Assembly: GCA_038087875.1 (NCBI GenBank)
Contig: CM075995.1
Coordinates: 10,046,001-10,110,000, forward strand
Direction: 5' to 3'
DNA from: Malacoraja senta
Taxonomy: Eukaryota
Length of the DNA: 64,000 nucleotides
Shown: positions 55,904 through 64,000 of the stretch, one piece after another
Position numbering within the stretch: position 1 is the first letter of the stretch
Layout: each line of letters opens with the position of its first letter
The notes under the pieces: model-generated
Databases searched by the model: none
Seen by the model: the letters and a program-made list of their open reading frames with translations, nothing else
What the model was told of the DNA's origin: nothing
Translations under genes and position numbers: made by a program

Positions 55904-57029
55904 CTGCAAAACAAATGCACAAGTTGTCACTGTCAGACTCGGAGCACAGAAGTCCACTAACCTGTCCAAATATAACACGGCTCTTGGGGAAAAGCTCCCA
56001 AAGTTGCTTCCACTGAAAGTCATTTGGGATATTCCAGTGATAGAAAATTAGAAAACTGGAACAAGTAGGCCATCCAGCCCTTCAGGGCTACACCATGACG
56101 ATCTGGGTCTATATTCATTAGTTACAGGAGCAGAATTAGGGCATTCGGCCCATCAATTTTACGATGCCATTCAATCATTATTGATCGAAGGTAGACACAA
56201 AAAGCTGGAGTAACTCAGTGGGACATTGAGAGAGAAGGAATGGGTGACGTTTCGGGTCGAGACCCTTCTTCAGACTAGTTAGGGATAAGGGAAACGAGAG
56301 ATATAGACGGTGATGTGGAGAGATAAAGAACAATGAATGAAAGATATGCAAAAAAGTAACGATAATAAAGGAAACGGGCCATTGTTGGCTGTTTGTAGGG
56401 TGAAAATGAGAAGCTAGTGCGATTTGGGTGGGGGAGGGATAGAGAGATAGGGAATGCTGGGGCAACCTGAAGCGAGATAAATCAATATTCATACCACTGG
56501 GCTGTAAGCTGCCCAAGCGAAATATGATTGCTGTTCCTCCAATTTGCGTTTAGCTTCACTCAATAGAGGAGACCTACGACAGAAAGGTCTGTGTAGGAAT
56601 GATTGGTTCACACGGGCTAAGCAAAGGTGTTCCGCGAAACCATCTCCAAGTCTGCTTTTGGTCTCACCGATGTTTCAGAGTCCACATCTTGAACAACGGA
56701 TACGGTAGATGAGGTTGGAGGAGGTGGAAATGAACCTTACACCGGCTTTTTGTGTCTATCTTCGGTTTAACCAGCATCTGCAGTTACTTCTTTCACATTA
56801 ATCATTATTGATCTATCTTTCCCATTCAACCCCATTCTCCTGCATTTTCCACATAACCCCTGATAATCCCACATAACTCCTGATGCCCTTACTAATCAAG
56901 AATTTGTCACTCTCCGCCTTAAAAATATAAATTGTCTTGGTTTCCACTGCCTTCCCTGGCAATGAATTCTAGATTCTCTGACAATCCTCTGACTAAAGAA
57001 ATTCTTCCTAATCTCCTTTCTAATGGTCA

Positions 57030-58340
57030 ATAGACACTAGACAAGAGGCGCAGGAATAGGCCATTTGGCCCTTCGTGCCAGCACCATCACTCGCTGTGAT
57101 CATGGCAAATCATCCACAATCAGTACCCCGTTCTTGCCTTCTCCCCATATCCCCTGACTCCGCTATCTTTAAGAGCTCTATCTAACTCTCTCTTGAAAGT
57201 ATCCAGAGAATTGGCCTCCACAGGGAATTATACAGATTCACAACTCTCTGGGTGAATGTTTTACCTCATCTCTGTTCTAAATGGCCCACCCCTTATTTTT
57301 AAACTGTGGCCCCTGGTTCTGGACTCCCACAACATCAAGAACATGTTCCTGCCTCTAGCGTGTCCAATCCTTTAATAATCTTATATGTTTCAATAAGATC
57401 CCCTCTCAGTGTTTACAAGCCCAGCCACTCCATTCTCTCAGCATATGACAGTCCCGCCAACCCGGGAATTAACCTTGTGAACCTACACTGCACTCCCTCA
57501 ATAACAAGAATGTCCGTCCTCAAATTTGGAGACCAAAACTTCACACAATCTCTAGGTATGGTTTCACTTGGGCCTGTACAACTGCAGAAGGACCTCTTTG
57601 CTCCTATACTCAACTCCTCTTGTTATGAAGGCCAACATGCCATTCGCTTTCAGCACTGCCTGCTGTACCTGTATGCTTACTTACAGCGACTGATGAACAA
57701 GGACCCCCAGATCCCGTTGTACTTCCCCAATTCCAACTTGATACCATTCAGATAATCTGCCTTCCTGTTTTTGCCACCAAAGTGGATAACCTCACATTTA
57801 TCCACATAACTGCATCTGCCATGCATCTGCCCACTCACCCAACCTGTCCAAGTCACCCTGCATCCTCATAGCATCTTCCTCACAGTTCACACTGCCACCC
57901 AGCTTTGTGTCATCTGCAAATTTGCTAATGTTACTTTTAATACCTTCATCTAAATCATTAATGTATATTGTAAATAGCTGCCGTCCCAGCACCGAGCCTT
58001 GCGGTACCCCACTAGTCACTGCCTGCCATTCGGAAAGGGACCCGTTAATCCCTACTCTTTGTTTCCTGTCTGCCAACCAATTTTCTATCCATGTCAGTAC
58101 CCTACCCCCAATACCATGTGCTCTAAATTTGCCCACTAATCTCTTATGTGGGACCTTATCAAAGGCTTTCTGAAAGTCCAGGTACACTACATCCACTGGC
58201 TCTCCCTTGTCCATTTCCCTCAAATAATTCCAGATGATTAGTCAAGCATGATTTCCCCTTCATAAATCCATGCTGACTCGAACCGATCCTGTGACTGCTA
58301 TGCAAATGTACCGCTATTTCATCTTCTATAATTGACTCTG
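57030..58340 (-). mobile_element. CR1-clade LINE RT fragment
   Basis: YLDFQKAFDKV, SGVPQGSVLG, KFADDTKL. Confidence 0.92.
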
Positions 58341-59547
58341 AGGCGATAGTAACATATTGCCTCTCAGCTTTTAGTATGAGAGTTTACTTTATCTCTGCTG
58401 CTCATGATCTTGTACACCTCAATATCAGTAAGACCCTCTCTTATTCATCAGCTCCAGTGAATGTCAGCCTGATCACGTCCACCTCCCCCTCTGGTCCTCC
58501 CACTGATGTGCAATGGGACCTGCAGTCACTGTACAGCACCCATTCCTGCTTGTTCACTCCAAGCCTCCTGTAGACAGGGCCATGCAGTGAAAGGCCTGCT
58601 GCACCTGCACATCTGGTGTCAGCGACAGTAAACACATGACTGTTGGAGAAGCGCCTCACCTTGGGAGGCTAACAGCCCAACGGTGTGAACATTGAATTCT
58701 TCAATTTCAAATAACATTCCCCAATGCAACCTCTTTCCCCTGCACCCCTCTCAATTCCCCCACCACCAGTCACCCTGCTCCTTTCATCTCCGCAGTACAC
58801 TCATCACGCAAATCCCCCCCTCCAGCTTCACATGGCACTTCTGCTCTTCTCTCCTAATCTGGCACCCTTTGGTCAGCCTTTCACCCCTAGCCTGTCACTT
58901 ACTATACACATCTGCCAATCACCCTCCTCACCTGCATTCTCCTATCATTTGTCAGCTTTTGTCCCGCTCCACCTCTTTTCCAATCTTCCTGCCCCATACT
59001 CCATCAGTCTGAATGTTGTCTGTCGATTCCCTCCACAGATGCTGCCTCACCAGCAGAGTTCCTCCAGCACTTTGCCTTTCTGTGGTTCTAGCGGCACATT
59101 TAGTGATGTTACTCCACACTTGTCCATCCACTCAGGTTGCCCGAGTCATCTAGGTCTGATGAACCCAAATCGACACCCATTCCTCTAACCTGAGATGCTG
59201 CCTGTCCCGCTGAGTTATTCCAGCATTTTGTGTCTATCTTTCTGCCCGATTCTTCTTCAGCTGGATCCTCAAACAAGCATCTGAATCACAATGGATGCGG
59301 CAGAAGGTTTGACAATTAAATAACTGCAAATCAAAAATAAAAACAAAACCAGCTGGAAACGCTCAGCCAGCATGACAAAGGGTCTTCCACCCAAAACATT
59401 CTCCACAATCCTCTGTCCACAGTTGTTGCCAGACCTGCAGTGCTTCCAGCACTCTGGGTTATTTCTGGTTACTGGGGACTGCAGGCAGTGTTTGTGACCT
59501 TGTGACCTGATGCAGAGTGAGGGGTAAAATGTGTAAACACTCATTAC

Positions 59548-59611
59548 CAGGACTTCAAGTTCATTGCTGCCCAGGTCCAACTCTTCCAACTTCACCAGGA
59601 AAGACAGCGAC
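59548..59611 (-). CDS. SCRIB: Scribble exon 6 equivalent, LRR: SLSFLVKLEELDLGSNELEVL
   Basis: 64 bp, cgcag| and |gtaatg; translation matches SCRIB LRR. Confidence 0.95.
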
Positions 59612-59829
59612 CTGCGGAGAGAACATCAACCATTACCAGTGCAGGACCCCACGAGACAGCAGCACCAGGACCAACAAACCCTACAGGCAAGGAATGTCCC
59701 TCAGCCCCGAGACAGGGCAGGCCACACTGGCCTGGAGATGGCATTGACCCACGGAGAGAGAGAGACTGGGGGCAAGACACACTGGGCTGGAGATGGCATT
59801 GACCCACGGAGAGAAAGACTGGGGGCAGG

Positions 59830-59891
59830 ACACAGAGAGAGAGGAGGGGGGGAGAGAGAGAGGGGGGGAGGGGGGGGGGAAGAGAGAGGGG

Positions 59892-59950
<59 letters not shown>

Positions 59951-60015
59951 AGGGGGGAGAGGGGGGGAGGGGGAGGGAGAGGGAGAGGGAGAGGAGAGGG
60001 AGAGGGAGAGAGAGG

Positions 60016-60069
<54 letters not shown>

Positions 60070-60070
60070 G
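59830..60070. repeat. (GA)n/(GACA)n purine-rich microsatellite
   Basis: Direct reading. Confidence 0.92.
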
Positions 60071-61285
60071 GGATGGGGCAGGGCAGACATGCAGGGAGAA
60101 GACCTACAGATGTGGAGACAGGGGTCAGAGCCACAGAGGGGAAGACAAATATCAATCAGGGGTCAGGACTTGCTGACAGGAAGAGGGGTCAGATCGTCAC
60201 CTGGATTAGTAACTGACCCAGTGCCGCTGCCAGGACAACAGGCCTTTATGGTCAAGCTAAGACTGTGACATGTTTTTAAATGTTCACATTTGAAGGATAC
60301 AGGATGGTTCTCTTGTGTACTGATTGATTGTGGTCCACTCTTGTACTTAGCATGATTATGCCTTAGATTGTCACTGAACAGTATGCAAACAAAATAATTT
60401 CATTGTACTTCGGTCGAGGTGATGATAAAGTGCCATTGAACCACAGACAGGGAACCTAGGCTAACATTGGTGGAGGGAACGTTTAAAGGAATGGCTTCAG
60501 GGAGCTAATATTACAGGGATAGAAACTGTTGTCGTGCCCGCAGAGCAAAGGTCGTGGTGAGGTGTAACACACATGTACACAGAGCTATGCAATAAGCTGC
60601 CCATACAGACTTGATAAAACTGTTCCTGTAACACCAGAGGAGACAGACTTAAAGCCAAATCAATTCACAGGAGACATGAAGAATCGCATCCGCGGGCAGC
60701 AAGGGACTAGCACGTGGAACACATCCCCTTACAGGGTGGGAAATGTCGAGGCAGACTTTGAACAAGGAAAAGAGTGGGGAGTGGGACTGTAGCTCTCCTC
60801 TGGCCAAGGGGCTGACCTCCATTTGTCCAACAACTGTTGTTGAACAAATGGCGCCTAACAACAACAGCCTAACTAAAATCTCAAAGGCACAAGGGTTGAG
60901 AGGTGAATTGGCTGATGTAAATTGCCACCCTGTGTGTAGTGGGTAAAATCTGGGGAGGAGGAGAAGTGGGGAGAATTAAAAAATGGGATGTGTGGTTAAT
61001 GTCAACAGACTCAATGGGCTGAAGGGTCTGTTCAAGTGCTGCATCGGTTACTAATGCCTGTGTTTAATTGGGGATGTTTCAGTTGTACAGCACTTAAATT
61101 CTATCACAGGTAGAATTACATCATTGAAACAGGCCCTTTGGCCCGACTGGTCCATGCCGACCAAGAAACCTGGTGTAAGCTAGTCCCATTTACCTGCGTT
61201 TGGATCACGTCCCTCTCACCTTTCCTCTCCAAATGTCTTTTAAATGTTATTCCGATTAAATCTTTCCCCTCTCACCTCAAACCTA

Positions 61286-62956
61286 CAGTGCTTTGGACAA
61301 AGATCCATCATTTATTTATTTGCCTCTGTACTCCACAATAGAAATTACAGCAGTGTTTATACATAGTCCCCCCATTTGAGGGCACCATAATATTTGGGAC
61401 ACAGCAATGTCGGACGTCTATTCATTGTGCTAGCCACAACAGGACCATACAGCAGACATTACAACAGCAATGTCATGTAAATGAAAGTAGTCATGTTTAG
61501 TATTTTGTTGCATATCCTTTGCATGCAATGACTGCTTGAAGTCTGCGATTCATAGACATCACCAGTTGCTGGGTTGCTTCTCTGGTGATGCTCTGCCAGG
61601 CCTGTATTGCAGCCATCTTTAGCTTATGCTTGTTTTAGGGGCTAGTCCCATTCAGTTTTCTCTTCAGCATATAAAAGGCATGCTCAATTGGGTTCAGATT
61701 GAATGATGAAAAACTCATTTGCTGCTTTAGCAGTATGTTTGATGTGTGTATTTATTGATGTGTGTATATATTTATACAATGGTATATGGACACACTGATC
61801 TGTTCTGTATTTATGCCTTCTATATTCTGTTGTGCTGAAGCAAAGCAAGAATTTCATTGTACTATCTGGGACACATGACAATAAACTCTCTTGAATCTTG
61901 AATGTTTGGGATCATTGTCGTGCTGTAGAATGAACTGCCAGCCAATGAGTTTTGAGGCATTTGTTTGAACTTATGCAGATAGGATGTGTCTATACACTTC
62001 AGAATTCATTGTGCTACTAACATCAGCAGTTGTATCATCAATGAAGATAAGTGAGCCAGTACCTTCAGCAGCCATACATGCCCAGGCTATAATACCCCCA
62101 CAACCGTGTTTCACAGATGAGGAGGTATGCTTTGGATCTTGGGCAGTACCTTCTCTCCTCCATACTTTGCTCTTGCCATCACTCTGATATAAGTTAATCT
62201 TTGTCTCATCTGTCCACAATACCTTTTTCCAGAACTCTGGTTGCTCTTTTAAGTACTTCTTGGCAAACTGTAACCTGACCATCCTATTTTTGCGGCTAAC
62301 CAGTGGTTTGCATCTTGCAGTGTAGTCTCTGTATTTCTGTTCATGAAGTCTTCTGCGGGCAGTGGTCATTGACAAGAGTGTTTCTGATCTGTCAGACAGG
62401 TGTTTGGGGATTTTTCTTTATCATAGAGAGAATTCTTTTGTCATCAGCTATGGAGGTCTTCCTTGGCCTGCCAGTCCCTTTGCGATTAGTAAGCTCACCA
62501 GCGCTCTCAATCTTCTTAATGATATTCCAAACAGTTGATTTTGGTAAGCCGAAGGTTTTGCTGATGTCTCTAACAGTTTTATTCTTGTTTCTCAGTCTCA
62601 TAATGGCTTCTTTCACTTTCATTGGCACAACTTTGGTCCTCGTGTTGATAAACAACGATAAAAGTTTCCAAAGGTGATGGAAAGACTGGAGGAAAGACTA
62701 GGTACTGAGAGCTCTCTCACCTGTGAAGCAATGTGTCCCAAACATTATGGTGCCCTGAAATGGGGGGACTATGTATAAACATAGTCTGTAATTTCTACAT
62801 GGTGAAACCAAAATGTATAAAAATGGCCTTTAATAAAATCTGACAATGTGCACTTTAACCACATGTGATTTGTTCTATTACAAATCTCAAATTGTGGAGT
62901 ACAGAGGCAAATAAATAAATGGTGGGTCTTTGTCCCAAACAGTATGGAGGGCACTG
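61286..62956 (-). mobile_element. Tc1-like transposon family A, second degenerate copy
   Basis: CAGTGC...GCACTG ends with TA TSD; LWTDETKINLY; homologous to 1025-3367. Confidence 0.92.
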
Positions 62957-63134
62957 TACGTCCTTTGGTCCTTGATTCCCCTATGCTGGGTAAAAGACTG
63001 GATAAGACTCTGTGCATTCACCCTATCTATTCCCCTAATGGTTTTATACAGCTCTGTAAGATCACCCGAGCCTCCTGTGCTCCAGGTCCTGGCCTGCCTG
63101 CCGAGTCCAGGCAACAGGATATGGTGCTACTCAC

Positions 63135-63191
63135 GTTGGCAGTGTCTTCAGGAGGTTCTCACGGAGTTCCAGGGTAACCAGGTTCGATAAA
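63135..63191 (-). CDS. SCRIB: Scribble exon (human exon 5 equivalent), LRR: LSNLVTLELRENLLKTLPT
   Basis: 57 bp, ttttacag| acceptor and |gtgagt donor; matches SCRIB LANLVTLELRENLLKSLP; phase compatible with next exon. Confidence 0.95.
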
Positions 63192-64000
63192 CTGTAAAAG
63201 GAATGAGAGTGGCGAGGATTGAAACCTTGCAACAGGACAATTAGATAGTAGGCTGGTGAGGCCATGTTTGGAATGTTAGAGAGCCATACAGCATTTTGGC
63301 CAAACTCATTCATACCAACCAAGACACACAGGTAAGCAAGAGCCATTTCTCCACATTTGGACCATATCCCTCTCAACCAGTTGTTCCCAAACGGTGTGCA
63401 TCGGCACAGAGGTGTGCCCTAAAGCCATTGTGTGTGTGCCACAATTTAACAAACAATCACATAAAGTCGGTTTCCAGTGATAGAGTCCCAAGGAGCAGGG
63501 ACCCAGTCGCAGGATCAGGGACCCAATCACAGGTGGGGTGTCAGGGATTATAGGGAGACGGCAGGAGAATGGGGTTAGGAGGGATAGATCAGCCATGAAT
63601 GAATGTCCGAGTAGACGATGGGCCGAATGGCCTGATCACTTATGATCAGGGATCCAGTACTCGGATCGTGGATGCAGTCCCAGGAGCAAGGATGGAAACA
63701 CAGCAGCAGCTCAAAGCCATAGTCAGAGGGTGGACCAGGAATCCTGGCCACAGGACGCACCAGCAAGTAAAACACGGTGGCCACAGAGTAACGTCTGTCC
63801 ACCCTCCCTTGTAGGGTCTACACCCGCGCCCCCGTCCGTACCCTCTACACCTCCGTACCCTTTACACCCCCCGTAACCTCTACACCTGCGCCACCATCGT
63901 TGTCAGCGTGTGTCAGACCCCTCCCCAATGTCCCGTCACTCTTTGCCTCTTCCTCCCCCCTCTACTGCCACGTGCCCTCAATGACAGCCCCTCCCACACT

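Overview
Vertebrate genomic DNA, not prokaryotic. The CR1/Rex1/Penelope/Tc1 repeat landscape suggests a cartilaginous fish such as a skate (inference). The window holds the middle of the cell-polarity gene SCRIB (scribble) on the minus strand: 13 GT-AG coding exons (equivalent to human exons 5-13 and 16-19) encoding LRRs, LAPSD, the alternative GVSFDQ exon, PDZ1 and the start of PDZ2. Exons 14-15 were not found and probably lie in a 200-N gap. The introns are dense with transposable elements and exon-abutting minisatellites. Most notable observations: (1) two SCRIB splice acceptors have upstream duplicates that would produce premature stops, one giving an LRR/LAPSD-only protein; (2) a ~3.5 kb minisatellite built from p53-family half-sites overlapping SMAD elements; (3) a TSD-flanked chimeric insertion in which a Penelope hammerhead module is fused to a 1.1 kb copy of a neighbouring SCRIB intron; (4) several minimal hammerhead ribozyme motifs in pre-mRNA sense; (5) a 94-bp non-TE inverted repeat; (6) possible fossil coding sequence in the 20 kb intron 16. 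Exon numbering is by recalled homology to human SCRIB. No searches were run.
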